Shown here in pieces: positions 26,883-41,820 of a DNA stretch of 64,000 bases. Position numbers and translations under genes: made by a program. The notes under the pieces are model-generated. The model did no database searches and was not told the DNA's origin. It worked only from the letters and a program-made list of their open reading frames with translations. Positions within the stretch are counted from its first letter, which is position 1. Every line of letters starts with the position of its first letter. Source of the stretch: Octopus sinensis (taxonomy: Eukaryota); the NCBI RefSeq assembly GCF_006345805.1, contig NC_043013.1:35774001-35838000 (forward strand), given 5' to 3'.

Positions 26883-27947
26883 CCTATGTTCCATCCATTA
26901 CAGGACGAAGGCCTCAACATGTTCTCTCCACCAACCACAGTCTGATGGACATAAATCTGAGCTTGAGATCCTAGTGGTTTGATAAACCAGATCTGCTATA
27001 CTGGTTCAACATGGATCGGCAGAGGGGTTCAGTTTTTTTATACTCTTACCCAGGAGTAGTTAAGCTGATTATGTCAACCTCAGTACTCAGCTGGTACTTG
27101 TCTTATTTGCTCTAATGTATGGATGGACAAAATACCACTAACCATTTCACCCAGCATATATATATGTGTGTGTTTGTGTGTGAGTGCGTGTGTGTGTAGA
27201 TGGGAGTGTGCATGTGTATGTGTGTGTGTGTGTGTGTGAGTATACATGTGTGTGTGTGCATGTGTGTGTACACGTGTGTGTGCTTGTGCATGTGTGTACA
27301 TATGTGTGTGCATGTGTATGTATGTGTATATATGTATGTGTGCATGTGTATGTATGTACTTGTGTGTGTGCATGTGTATGTGCATATGTGTACATGTGTG
27401 TGTATGTACATGTGTGAGTCTGTATGTTTATTTACGTTTGTGATTTGTGAGAGTGTGGCTGGATGGTGTTGTTGTTGATGTTGTTGTTGTCAGTGTCACC
27501 TGTCGAGATGCCGAGTTATTATCCAGATACTTCTTGTTTTCAAAACTGTGAGGAAAAAGAGATGTCTTTCTCAAAAACCAAAAAAAAAAAAAAACGGGTA
27601 AGAACTAGAACCAAGAAGGATACCTGGTTGTAAAACAATGCCTTAAATGACATATTCATCCAACTCAAGAAAACCTGGATAAATGGTTGTAGAAAAAAAA
27701 TAATGAACGAATAAAGACACACCAGCTAATGAGACAAGCGGAGAAAGACTGGAAGACAGAGACAGTAAAAAGTATTATTAATATCAAGATGTCAAATGTG
27801 CTTAGCAGGTGGAGAAGCAAAAGTAAGAGGTTAGTTAATGTCCTGAAATGTGAGGATCTGATGGGGTTTTCTCAGATTGCAAGAGTATTTTTTTTACTTT
27901 TCTGTAGTTTCAGCTCAGAGCTGCGGCCATGCTGATGCACCGCCATT

Positions 27948-28150
27948 ATAAATTTCGAACCTGGCTTCTCATTCCTAGGGTATTTTTCGATATTATTAAT
28001 ATTATTATCATTATTATTGTTATTATAATTATTATTATTATTATTATTATTATTGATCAGGTCACTTCCTGGAATCGAACTCGGAGTCTTGGGGTTAGTA
28101 GCCCACGCACTTAACCACTACGCCATATACCTGTATGCATATGCCCGTAG
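27948..28150 (-). mobile_element. Element B: tRNA head + (AAT)n + start of PLE-type tail, truncated before the hammerhead
   Basis: Box A TGGCGTAGTGG, box B GAGTTCGATTCC; same head-microsatellite-tail order as 2940-3175. Confidence 0.85.
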
Positions 28151-28261
28151 GTATAAGAGAAAAATAAAGATGCAGTTGAGGAGATGTTTTTTATGGAAGC
28201 ATTATGGAATACACTGCCCTTTGTGATGCTGACAAGAAAGAAATATTAAAGTGTTGTTATC

Positions 28262-28700
28262 ACCACCATCATCATCAACATTTAATGTCTGTTTTCCATG
28301 CTAGCATGGGTTGGACGGTTTGAGTGGAGCTGGTAAGGTCACAGTTGTACCTGGCTCCATTGTCTGTTTTGGCATCATTTCTATGGTTTGATGTCCATCC
28401 TAATGCCAGCCACTTTACAGAGTGTACTTGGTTGATTTTTACTTGGCACCAGCACCAGTGCTTTTTGAGTGGAATGAACACCAGGGCTCTTTACATGGCA
28501 CCAACATCATTGCTCTTTATGTGATGTGTCACCAGCACTAATGCATTTTATGTGGCACCAGCACCAGCTCTTTTTCAATTACACCAACACCAGTGTTCTT
28601 TATGTGGCATCATCACCAGAGCTTTTTACATGGCACCAGCAGCAGTGCTTTTTATATGGCACCAGCACTGACAGAGTCACCGACTAACTTGCAAGACAAA
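28262..28700 (-). mobile_element. Family E with ~27-bp internal minisatellite; further E fragments at 28908-29045 and 40226-40340
   Basis: RTE-type tail plus repeated ttttatgtggcaccagcaccag units. Confidence 0.75.
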
Positions 28701-29097
28701 AACCACATCAGCTTGTTGGGTGGGGGTAGTAGTAGTGAGTGGAGTGATGGCTTTGTGTCAGTTGAGAGATTAGAGGGACAGGGTTTAGTGTCCTGTTAAT
28801 CCCCTTTATACTCACCAACACTAACATCCTTCTAAAAACAATTATTCATTTCCATTATTCATCATCATCATTGGCACTATAATTATCTTCATAATCCTAA
28901 AAATCTATCATCATCATCATCATTATCATCATTCAGCATCCAGTTCATCATGCCTGTATGGGTCTGATGAAATTTGTTGTGGTAGGTTTTCTATGGACGG
29001 ATGCCCTTCCTGTTACCAACCTTCATCTGTCTCCAGGCAAAGTAATATCTCCACATGGTCAGATATGGTTCTATATCTTAGAGATGAGGGATTCTGA

Positions 29098-29232
29098 CCA
29101 TTATTTACATTATTTACAGGCTTCATCAGGTGTTCTGATGAAGGATGGAGAGTAAATCAGCCGAAACGTTGTGGTAACAATAAACAAGATGAGGATACAT
29201 ATCCGTCCAATGTAAATAATGTAAATAATGGC
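29098..29232 (+). mobile_element. Collapsed inverted remnant of element B tail with hammerhead motif (29135-29173)
   Basis: CCATTATTTACATTATTTACA ... TGTAAATAATGTAAATAATGG inverted ends; CTGATGA AGGATG gagagtaaat CAGCC GAAA CGTT GTG. Confidence 0.75.
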
Positions 29233-29327
29233 CATTTATGTTTTCCATAAAACAATGGAGGCAAACAATACTATTTCTATGATGGTGAAGCTTATTTACA
29301 ACCATCCTTTGATGTCAAGTCAAGGGC

Positions 29328-29365
<38 letters not shown>

Positions 29366-29374
29366 GTACAAAGA

Positions 29375-29900
29375 TCCGACAAATAGAGTGAGTTCATGAC
29401 TGTATCCTACACCAGCTTCACACAACCAGCCCCAGCCTATTCAAAGTACCTTGGATCACAGGACAGCCTGCGGTGCTTACCTTGGATCATGGGGTGACCT
29501 GCTGTGCTTGAGGAGACCTATTGAGTCAAGTACATCAACAACAAAATAAAAATCAAATGGAATTGTAGTTGTGATATCCATACCAGTGGCACGTAAAAAG
29601 CACCATCTGAACGTGGTCGATGCTAGCGCCACCTTGGCTGGCTTCTGTGCCGATGGCACAAAAAAGCACCGACTGACTGTGGCTGTTGCCAGCCTCATTT
29701 GGCCCCTGTGCTGGTGGCACGTAAAAAGCACTCACTACACTCATGGAGTGGTTGGTGTTAGGAAGGGCATCCAGCTGTAGAAACACTGCCAGATCAGACT
29801 GGAGCCTGGTGCAGCCCCCTGGCTTCCCAGACCCTGGTTGAACTGTCCAACCCATGCTAGCATGGAAAATGAACATTAAACGAGGATGATGATGATGATG
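29375..29900 (+). mobile_element. Family E, long copy
   Basis: ggttggtgttaggaagggcatccagctgtagaaac...ccaacccatgctagcatggaaa + (GAT)n. Confidence 0.8.
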
Positions 29901-30254
29901 AAACATACATACATATGCATGTATATCTTTTATCTTTTATATGTTTACTTGTTTCAATCATTGGACTGCAGCCATGCTGGGGCACCACATTAAAGATCAT
30001 TTTAGTCAAATGAATAGACCCCAGTACATAATTTTTGCATTAAGCCTCAAATCTATCTTCCACCAAGGTCGACTTCACTTTTCATCCTTTCAGGGGGTTG
30101 ATAAATTAAGTACCAGCTGCATCCTGAGGACAACATAATCGCCTGGTCCCCTCCCCAGAAATTTCAGGCATTGTACATGTAATAGAAAGTATTATTATTA
30201 TTATGTATGTATATAAGTATATGTATGTATTTTATATATCTCATGATCATGTGA

Positions 30255-30538
30255 TTATCTAGGGTATCAGATGTTGCTATACGTTGCTTGTCACAATACA
30301 TTTTGCATCGTTTTAGCTCTCAAATGATGCCATCCAATTGGCTTGGCATGCATGCCAACATACCCCATGATCAGAAGCCTACTCCATCACAGGCTTATCC
30401 ATTAACAGTTGAGCAGACTAGAGCAATGTGAAATTAAGTGTGTTGCTCAAGAACACAATGTGCAGCCCAGTCCAGAAATTGAACTCTTGATCCTATGACC
30501 ATCACTTCAACATGCCTGACCACTTCACCATGTGCCTT
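30255..30538 (-). mobile_element. Family A-related SINE with a different tail; family D fragment at 30060-30200
   Basis: cttgagcaacacacttaatttcacattgctctagtc core on minus; degenerate tRNA head. Confidence 0.65.
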
Positions 30539-30715
30539 CACATATATCTATATATCTATATCTATATATGCATATGTATATGTATGTGTCCGTGTATATA
30601 TATATATATATGAATAATATATGTATATAATGAAGATTCAGTTGAATCAGGTACTTAGTTGAAGCACCAAGTCAGTCCGGTATTGTCTGCACAGACCGAA
30701 ACTAGGTGAAAACAA

Positions 30716-30798
<83 letters not shown>

Positions 30799-30835
30799 TG
30801 TATGTATGTATGTATGTACGTATGTATGTATGTGT

Positions 30836-31048
30836 GTTTCTTTATTGCCCACAAGGGGCTAAACATACAAGAAACAAACAAGGACAGACAAACGGATTAA
30901 GCCGATTATATCGACCTCAGTGCGTAACTGGTACTTAATTTATCGACCCCTAAAGGATGAAAGGCAAAGTTGACCTCGGCGGAATTTGAACTCAGAACGC
31001 AACGACAGACGCAATACCGCTAAGCATTTCACCTGGTATGCTAACGTT
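30836..31048 (-). mobile_element. tRNA-derived SINE family D, Tx1-like tail form
   Basis: Head AAGGCGGCGAGCTGGCAGAA, box B GAGTTCAAATTCC, tail GCCCCTTGTGGGCAATAAAGAAA. Confidence 0.9.
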
Positions 31049-31359
31049 TCTGCCAGCTCGCCGCCTTATGTATGTATATGTATGTGTGTATGTATGTGTG
31101 TGTGTGTGTATAAGTGTATGTATATTTCTTTATATATATTACGCTTTTATATTTTAATGAGTACCTTGATTTTGTTATGAAGATTTCATTTTAATTGTAC
31201 TTAACTATACGCATATTATTCAAGTATTCATTGCTACTCTTCAGTTTTACTGAGCTCTCTGCTTAACACATTGCACAAAAGAAATATTTCCATTATAATA
31301 ATTGAGAGGTATTTATTCCTATAATTACTATATACACATGCACAAATCTAACAAACTAA

Positions 31360-31367
31360 TATATATA

Positions 31368-31401
<34 letters not shown>

Positions 31402-31501
31402 ATATATATACATATATATATATGTATATGTATATATATATATGTATTATATATGTATATATATATGTATATATATGTATATATATATGTATATATATGT
31501 A

Positions 31502-31532
<31 letters not shown>

Positions 31533-32441
31533 GCATGTGAGTATGTCTGTATATATGTTTGTCTGTTGATGGATGCTTCTGTGTTTGTGTGTGTGTGTGT
31601 GGTGTGTGTGTGTGTATAAATAAATCATGGCATTAAAACTGATGAAAGAATAGTGGAGATAATTATATTTGTATTCACAATACAGTTTCTTTTTACTGAC
31701 TCTTCTGACCTCACTCTCAATATTGGACAACTGTTTCATTTATTAATTGGCCTTAAGTAACACACAAACACACACTCAAACATACAAACACATACATGAA
31801 TGCAAACACAGAAACATAGACACACACACACATATTCATCAACACATACAAATTATACACGTACACACAAATTCTAACATACATACATTTATCTATCTCT
31901 ACCTTCTTATATACAACTATTTACATGCATATATATATATATATATATATATTATATACATACACAAATACATACTCCTATATGTATATATATATGCATA
32001 TATGTATAATATATACATACATACACACATAAAACACATATATATTTATATATATGTAGGTATACATAAATATGAATGTATATTTGATTACGCTTCCATC
32101 TCACTTTCTCACGCGCCCCACACACACATGTATATGTATATATACACACACAGACACACAAACACACACACATGCACATATCTATTTATCTAGTGATCTA
32201 TCTATATATATTCATGTACATACATATATATATATTTATATATTTATCTAGTGATCTAACTATATATATATACATGTACATACATACATATATATATGTA
32301 TATATGTATGTATACATATATATATATATGTATATACATATGCATAGATATATACATATACATTCATATATATGCATATATAGATATATATATACATATA
32401 CATAATATATCTATACATACACATATACATATAAAATATAT

Positions 32442-32485
<44 letters not shown>

Positions 32486-32869
32486 TATATATATATACAA
32501 CACACACACACAGACATATCTTTATCACTGTCTACTTATTCTATCTATATACATATATCAAATCATTATCTTTTCTATACCCATACACACATATATATTT
32601 GTATATGTGTGTTCATAATAGCCTGTGTGAGTGTTTGTGCATATATGTGCATATACATGAGTATACACCTTTTGATATTATTAATTTCTTTTGTGTATAT
32701 ATAAATACACATCAATATATACATTCTTTATATATACTACACACACGACACCACATACTAATATGTACGCATCATATGTATATATATATATGTATAAATA
32801 TATACATATATATATGTACATCTAATATATATACATATATAATATGCATGTATGTATATATATTATATA

Positions 32870-32907
<38 letters not shown>

Positions 32908-33209
32908 GTATATATAATACATATATATATATAATATATATATATATATACATATATATATCTATATACCTCTACATATACATGTATATATATACATGTG
33001 CGTGTGTGTGTGTGTGTGTTCATACACAGAGTCAATACGGTTATTCATCAAACAGCTAATTTTTTCAGTGAATGAAGATTGCCAGAGAGATGTCTTCAGA
33101 ATTTTTACTAAATAATAGCCAATTACTGGCACATTTTGTATCTACGTATGAAATTTATATATGTATATATATATATGGTGGTATGTATGTATCTCTGTCT
33201 GTGTCTGTC

Positions 33210-33259
<50 letters not shown>

Positions 33260-33400
33260 CATATATATACATATATATAGGTACTTATGTACAAGTACAT
33301 ATATACATATATATAAATATATATATGTATATGCATGTGTGTGTGTAAGTATGCAATGTATGTGTGTGTGTGCATATAAATGTAAGCATATGTGTATGTA
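31360..33400. repeat. (TA)n/(CA)n-rich low-complexity region
   Basis: Dinucleotide runs; similar tracts at 5950-7020, 9900-10280, 24300-25600, 37500-38870, 41920-42960, 49440-50930. Confidence 0.9.
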
Positions 33401-34764
33401 ATGTGTTTATAGATTAATACTTATAGACAAAAGGTGCTTATTCCAGCAAAAATATGACCCTCATGTAGCACAACCACAGCTCAAGCAGAAACCAACAAAA
33501 CCATTATTTATCATATTTTCCTAACATGCCATCCATGAATTCAAATGGATATCAGTAGGTTGCTTGCAATTTATTTCAATGAACAGCATATATATATATC
33601 AATTAAAATAATGGGTAAAATTAATTAATTAATTAATTAATTAATAATTTTACCAAGTAGTTTAGCATGTTTAAAGAACCATTATCGGTAAACTTAAACA
33701 GAAATTTTTATAATTATGAGTATAATTATAATTCGGGTTCAGTAAAAAAGTTTGCTTCACCACATGCTGAAATTTAGAAATAGCAGTCAAAACTAGCTAT
33801 TTCTCTACCATAAGAAAATCTCCCAGACAACAATACTCAACAACCTACGTAGGCAAAGAGAAAAAAATAACAAATTCACCCGGCTTTCATTAACTGTAGA
33901 CGTGTTTCGGAGTTAGATAGATGTAAAAAATGTAAAAACCACATTTCCACTCCATCATTCTCGCTCTTCAGTATTTCAAGATTTTAAATTTTTGAGCACT
34001 GTAAAAAAATTAAACATACCTTATCTGATCAAGTGACATGTGACAAATTATATCCAATGACCAGTACTCCCGAATTCAAACAGACGAATACGAGAACTCA
34101 TTACAAACATATACACACACATACATACATGTATATACACACATATAAGGCGGGCTTCTTTCAGTTTCCATCTACCAAATCCACTCACAAGGCTTTGGTC
34201 GGCCCGAGGCTATAGTAGAAGACACTTGCCCAAAGTGGCACACAGTGGGACTGAACCTTGAACCATGTGGTTCGTAAGCAAGCTACCTACCACACAGCCA
34301 CTCCTACGCCTATATATATATACTCATGTTTTCACATTATTTTCCTTTCTGTATGACCGAACCTATGTATGTATATAGAAATATATATTCCTTTAATAGT
34401 ATATTTCTTAAGGCCATACCAGAATGGATGAGATGAATATATTACTGAACAATTGTTTTGCTGCTGGGTGCTTTTCCAGTTGCTAACACTTATGTTATGA
34501 GTTTTTTAAGAAAGACATCTTTAAATGTACAAAGTCAGCCAGCTATTTGTGGATGGGATGTATGAAAACAAGCATCATTGCTTGTAAGTCAGCAATTTTT
34601 CAGAGAAATGGGTATACATACACATACAGACTAACACATAGATACACTTACACACATTTACATGTACAAGGAGTTTCACAAGTACACACATGCATATATG
34701 TACATATATACATACAAGTGACAGATTTATGTTTATACAAAAACAGATATATTATAACAGATAA

Positions 34765-35179
34765 CTCTTTACTCTTTTTTACTCTTTTACTTGTTTCAGT
34801 CATTTGACTGCGGCCATGCTGGAGCACCGCCTTTAGTCGAGCAACTCGACCCCGGGACTTATTCTTTTTGTAAGCCCAGTACTTATTCTATCGGTCTCTT
34901 TTTGCCGAACCGCTAAGTGACGGGGACGTAAACACACCAGCATCGGTTGTCAAGCAATGCTAGGGGAACAAACACAGACACACAAACACACACACATACA
35001 TATATATATATATACGACAGGCTTCTTTCAGTTTCTGTCTACCAAATCCACTCACAAGGCATTGGTCAGCCCAGGGCTATAGTAGAAGACACTTGCCCAA
35101 GATGCCATGCAGTGGGACTGAACCCGGAACCATGTGGTTGGTTAGCAAGCTACTTACCACACAGCCACTCCTGCGCCTA
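34765..35179 (-). mobile_element. SINE family C, full length and well conserved; 5' half of another copy at 34150-34311
   Basis: Head AGGCGCAGGAGTGGCTGTGTGGTAAG, box B-like GGTTCAGTCCC, CORE-like CTTGGGCAAGTGTCTT, tail (GAGTAAAA)n. Confidence 0.92.
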
Positions 35180-36391
35180 TAACTTTATTTTTTTTTTTAA
35201 ATGCTATGAGGATAAGGATAAACCTTCTATTCTATAATGTTATTCAATAAAGCCACCTTCAGCTTCAACAAATGCTTGTATATGAGATCTAAATCATCTA
35301 CATGCTTGAATCAAATGATCCTAGTTCATTTTGGACATTACTCTGACTATAGCAGCTTTCATCATAGAATCCTTGGTGTTACAGGCCTGTTCATTGACCT
35401 CTCTCTGAACAATGTTCCACATGTAATAGCTCAATGGATTGAGATCTGGGGAATTAGGAGGCCAAATGTTATGGGTTATGTGATCATGAAAATTTTTAGC
35501 CATCTATTCCTGTGTCACTAGAGCCATATGTGATTGTGCAGAATCTTACTGAAACACATATGGCCTTCCATTTCATACACTGTCGATCCAGGGCTTAACA
35601 ATTATTTCCAGGACCTCAGTGTAAGTGGCATACTTAACTCTGAGGCTTTGTGGAAAGGAGTAAGGTGGAATCACATGTCCTTCATTGCTGACAACCCCTA
35701 AAACCCCTAAAACCATGACAGTTGCAGGAAATTTTGTATGCATGACACTTAGAACTTCAGAAGGGTCTGCACATAACCATCTGTCATTTCTTCTGTTAAC
35801 GTGTTGATCTTGGTCGAAGTTTTTTACATTTCAGAAAAACCAAATCAAATCTTCTTTTGCTGGATTTTTCAGTTTGTTTAAGAGTCTTTTAGATCTGATG
35901 TAGTGATTTTCCTTTGCTTTTTCTGACAAACTGACCTTTCTTCATCATATAAGACTTATATCTGATATCTTTGTGGACAACATTTCTGACTGTTCCTTCT
36001 GACACATGGAATTCTTTTGCAATTGATCTCATGGACTTTTTGCGATTGTAATCAATGGTCTCTTGAACTTGCTGGATAAATTCAGGTGTTCTGATGATTT
36101 CAGAGTGTTTAGAATACTTTTTATGCTTTGATACTGGGGATATGTTTCCATCTTCAGTCTCTAGCTCGTTACAAACTCTGTAGATAAAAGATCTGGCGGC
36201 TTTTAAAAATCAAGATATTTCTAAATTGCAATGCTCAGCTTTTCTAATCACAATAACAGCATGCCTCTTCATTTCTTGAGTAAGCTCAGGGTCTGACGTT
36301 ATTATTTTCTGAAACAAAGATTATGCAGAGTCAGCAAAAAATGCAACAATGACCCAAAAGAGATATGTCCTCAAATACCTTGTGCACCCTG
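35180..36391 (-). pseudogene. DD37D (maT-type) transposon, near full-length dead transposase (~35252-36272)
   Basis: TA|CAGGGTG terminus at 36391; MKRHAVIV...HTH-like start, YVFQ*DSAQSH...WPPNSPDLNPLSYY...GGFIE*. Confidence 0.85.
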
Positions 36392-36840
36392 TATATGTAT
36401 ATGTATATATGTATATATGTATATATATATATGTATGTATGTATGTATATATATAATATATATATATATGTATATAATAATAATATTAGGGAATAAATCC
36501 AAACTTACAGGGAAAAATTAGATTTAGGAAAATCCAATTTTATAGTATAAATATATTATATTATATTATATTAAATTAGAGATAAAACCACTATTAGGCA
36601 AATCAAACAGTGAAAAACATAAGCCAATACATAAAATTAATTCAAAAATATAAAAGTTAAAAATAAAAAATTATTTAAATAATTTAAACTTATAAATTTT
36701 ATATATATATGTATGTATATTTTTATATTTATATATTATTTTATTTATTAATTTATTTATTTATTTATTTTTTTCTTTATATATATCAAAAGTATTAAAA
36801 GTTTAATAAAAGATAAAGAGTAAAACACTACGATCGTTTC

Positions 36841-36883
<43 letters not shown>

Positions 36884-37517
36884 TACATACATACATATAT
36901 ACATAAATACATATATACACACGCACATACACACATACACACACATGCTCATGCATACATACACATATATATATATATATATACATATTTTTAATTTTAT
37001 TTTTGTTTTATCTAGTTTCAGCTCACGAGGCTGTGGCCATGCTGGGGCACTGCCATTTACATATATATATATGTGCTTAGTTCTATGTATGTATCTGTAT
37101 TATAGGTATGTATCTATCTATACATATATACATATACATATATGTATATATATCTGTGTGAGTGTCTGTCTGTCTCACTGTGTGTAGATAGTTAGATAGA
37201 TAGATAGATTTAGATTGATAGATAGATATACACACATGCACATACACACACATGCACACACATGCACACATACACTCATGAATATATGCATGTACGTATG
37301 TATGTATCTGTATGTTTGCTTCTATTCGTCCCCCCCTGTTTATTTGCTTACTTACTGGGATATGGATTTATTCTCTTTGAATCCCTCACCAACTACCTCT
37401 TGATGCATTTCTTAATGTACTTACACACCTAGCTTCATATTCATTTACCTATCTATCTCTTCAACTACATCCCAAGCTATCTATCCATATACAGATACAT
37501 ACACGCACACAGACGTG

Positions 37518-37568
<51 letters not shown>

Positions 37569-37739
37569 ATATATATATATTATAGTATATATATGTATTC
37601 TATATATATATAGATAGTATATGATATATATATATACATAATACAAATATTATATGTATATATGTATATATGTTATATATGTATGTATATAATATAAACA
37701 TATATATATATATATATATATATGTAAATATGTATATAT

Positions 37740-37784
<45 letters not shown>

Positions 37785-38087
37785 TGTATATATATAACCT
37801 TCTCTCTTCCTCCTTGGTGCATATTTCTCACCCATTCCCCATCGACTGTTCCCCAAATACCTTACCCCACCCCCAACCATATAGCTAATAATTTTTAACT
37901 TTCACATCTATTTCACTGAATTTATAAAATATTTCGTTTGTTTGTTTTTGTAATCACTGTTGTTGTCTTTCATTTTTAGTTAATTTACTATCTCTCTCTC
38001 TCTCTGCCCTTCCCTTCCTCTTCATCTTCCTCTTATCTCTGAGTCAGTATCTCACACTTTCAACATTGCTATCTCATTCATTTCTCT

Positions 38088-38124
<37 letters not shown>

Positions 38125-38631
38125 CTCTCTCACCCCTCCTGTATACATGTGTGTATGTGTGTGTTTTTGTAAGTATGCATATTTCAATCACTTGTTCTCA
38201 GTCCCCTCATTATACTTTCACACTCCATCAAATTAAAATAGCTTATACACTGAACTCACCTGTATTATCAAAATTTATTCCCTTTCTTTCAAATATATTT
38301 AGATGCGTATCTAGTTAGTGTGCGTGCATTCATAATACCTATATAAACGTATATATGCATACATGTACATACATAAATATATATATATACATACATATGA
38401 GTATATGTATGTGTGTATGTCAATATATATATATATATATAGATATATAGACACATACCTATATATATATAGATATAGATACACACACACACACGTACAC
38501 ACACACACACACGGAGTCAGCATTTATGTATATAAATGAAATGCATGTATGGAAGTATGTGTGTATTTACTTATGTATATGCATGTTTCTGTATGTATGT
38601 ATTGTACATTTTTGTGTATATATATGTATTC

Positions 38632-38699
<68 letters not shown>

Positions 38700-39256
38700 T
38701 ATATATATATATTATATATATATATATATTATATATATATATATATATTCATATATATATATATATTCATATATACTCAAAAAGCCTATCCCCATCTTGT
38801 TGCTCTTTCTCGCTTATATTCATATATATATATGTATTCATATATAGTTATATATATGCATATATATACACTTTTAGTCATCACATCATCATCATCATTG
38901 TCGACATTATCATGATCGTCATCGCCTTCGTCACGTCGTTGTCATCATCGTCAAAGGCATCATCATCATCATCAGCTCCATCAGCAACAGCAGTAGCAGC
39001 AGCAGCCATATCATTTTGTCTTCATTTTTTATGCTGACCTGGACAATATAGTTTCTTACACTCCACAAGAACTCAAACATGCAACAATAATGTAGACCAG
39101 CCATCATTGGCTTTGCCTTTATCTCATAAATTGGATTGGATGTGTTTTATCATGCCATTCACATGAGAGGTATTGTCCCATGTAGAAGGACCAAATCATC
39201 CTCTCAAACATTTTCCTTTCTTATTTGGAATTATTGTTCTTTGACATTCTCTAAAG

Positions 39257-39546
39257 CAGTGATTCTCAAACTACCTGATGTGGTGTACCAGCAGTTTTTT
39301 TCCCAATGTGTCAGGGACCAGTAATATTTCTTATTAATATTAATTTACACAGGAAACAATATATATAACGAATATAACAAAAGTTGACAATTTTCTTTAT
39401 CTTTTATTTATTTTGTAAACAAATAATACAAAATTACATAAGCATTTCATAAGCATTTTATATTTCTTTCTTTTCTGGAAACTCGCCACATGCCAGCAGC
39501 TGTTGGCTGACAGACTTGCACTAGTCTGCAGAGCACCACTTTGGTG
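39257..39546. mobile_element. hAT (Charlie-like) MITE, degenerate
   Basis: CAGTGATTCTCAAA terminus; possible TSD CTCTAAAG / CGCTAAAG; right TIR damaged. Confidence 0.55.
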
Positions 39547-40594
39547 CGCTAAAGCACTATCCCTTCATGTGAATTTCAAAATTCCTCGGGCAACTTTTCA
39601 TTCTGAGTTAGACTAAAGGTTTATCACCAATGCAGAGAAGAGGGGCATCTTCATGGTACTAGGCTATAATTCAATCACCTAATATATTCATATACTTTTA
39701 GGATCACCCGGCAGTAAAACCATGTCTCTGCTAGATGACTCTATGGGTGTACTCTATGTAGCTATAAGACGTGGGTAACTTTATTGTGGTGATCAAAAGT
39801 TGTCTACATGATATAAATTTAGTACTCAGCCTTAGCTGAGAACTGAGCTGTCTTCATAGCCATGGGATTGGTAATTGCCATACTCTTTAACTTAGATGTC
39901 GAAATTGTAATGATATTTGGTTGGCAGCTGATGAGGAGTTGAGCATGTCTACATTCACAGTGTGTATATCTGTGTGTGTTTCTCTGTTCTTCTGTAAATT
40001 GCATCATCAACATGTGCCATGTTTTCATTGTGATAGTCTACCATGATGGCTGTCTCCTTCATGCTGCTAATGGAAGCTCCAATCAAGGTGTGAGGTGTGA
40101 GAGTAATGTAATAATCTAACTAAATTAAGAAGTACTGGCTATCAAAAAAGAATTCATGGGTGGAATAAGAGCAGGTGTACCAAATGTCACCATTGAAATA
40201 TTCTGCCGTGTTACTCAATTATTGATATCATCATCATTTAATATCTGCTTTTCCATGCTTGCATGGCTCAGATGGAATATATTAAGGCAGATGGATGCCT
40301 TTTTTGCCACTGACCCTCATTTGTTTCCATGCAAGGTTATATTTATCTATGATCAGTTATGCTTTTCACTGAGGACTGGATATGAGCATCAAAACAAGAG
40401 TGCAACATCATATGTCTATAATCTTCCCTGAAAATATGTTGAGTCCAGTGAAAAGTCTAAATTTCAAAACAAAAACTTGCTGGGGAGATTATGCGAGAAC
40501 CTCAGAGCATCGAGGGAGCCTGTATGTTGTCAGTCAACCTGCTAGAAAAATCAACTTCATCATCACCATCCCACAAATATTAGGATGGTGAATT

Positions 40595-41125
40595 TAAGGC
40601 AACAAGCTGGCAAAATCATTTGGTTCATGTTTTATGTTTTGAGTTCAAATTCTGCTGAGGTCTACTCTGCCTTTTGTCCCTCTTGGCTCGATGAAATAAT
40701 TACCTGTTAAATACTAGGTGGTGTGGGCTCTGAAAAGGGTCTCAGGGAGTAGCATCCTTGCCTTCCTGAGCTAGTTTTCTGTCACATTTCTTAAAAATCG
40801 TGGTAGAGGCCTTGGTCTCGGGACCACTCATGTCTAGAAACTGAGGTTGGGGGTAAGCAAGGGCATGCTCCCCATAGAAAATCCAGCTCCAAGAAAAGCC
40901 TCATGATAGCAAAGGAGAATGGGCACCAGCCAGCCCAAATGTTGGGGTAGGCTGCACCTGCTTACCTCAGTTGCTATGGCATTGAGATAGATCTGGCTAC
41001 TGCCGTTAATGGGGTCAAAACCCAGATTTAAAACATGGGATGATAAATACTAGGGGTCGATGTAACTGATTTATCATACTGCTCTCCAAAAATTGCTGGC
41101 CCTGTGCTAAAATTTTAAACCAATA
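40595..41125 (+). mobile_element. SINE family D interrupted by a ~325-bp GC-richer insert (40719-41043)
   Basis: TSD TAAATACTAGG at 40708-40718 and 41044-41054; family D head before and tail after. Confidence 0.75.
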
Positions 41126-41199
41126 TTAGGGTAGGGAATTAGCAGAGGGATCAGAGCAGTGGACAAATTGCCTTGCAGAGCCCTGCAGTTATCATTTCC

Positions 41200-41820
41200 C
41201 ATCCTCCTCCCAAAACAAACAACACCACAACCTTGTACCTATGTAAATACCCCTCCCAACATAACCACCACTACCAATACTACGACCATCACCATCAGTA
41301 CTAAGATAAACGATAACAGCACCACTAACCAGCTCCTACACAAACACCACTCCTAACATCACTACCACCACCACCACCACCACTGCGGCTGACACCTCCA
41401 CCACCACTGCGGCTGACACCTCCACGCTACCACCCCTGCAGCCACCACCACTACCACCACCACCACCAGTATCACTATTAAGATTACTGATAACAGTACT
41501 ACCAACCACCTCCTACATAACACCACTCCCAACATCACTACCATCACCACTGCAGCTGCCACCACCACGTCACCATCGCTGCTACCACCACCACCACTAC
41601 TACTATCAACTACACCATCCATACCATCACTACAAACACTACCAACAAGGATGCTGCCACAGCCACCATCATTAACAGCATCACAATCATCACCACCATC
41701 ACCACCACCACCACCACCACCAACCACCACCACCACTAAACTCAACACCTCCACATCGTTCTCATCTACATCAATCCTACCACCTCCACCCACCCACCCA
41801 TCCATCCATTCATCATACAT
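41200..41820. repeat. (CAC/CAT)n low-complexity tract
   Basis: Imperfect trinucleotide repeats. Confidence 0.85.

Noticed and set aside
28058-28127. Possible tRNA gene (7-nt loop CT-ACT-AA)
   Set aside because: Acceptor and T stems do not pair well, no terminator, and it is fused to a repeat body; it is a SINE head.
33069-33145. Exon-like segment after CTAATTTTTTCAG
   Set aside because: Weak donor, stops in alternative frames and no homology; not supportable.
39819-40075. Possible RTE C-terminal fragment on minus
   Set aside because: Only vague W/Cys spacing; too degenerate to call.
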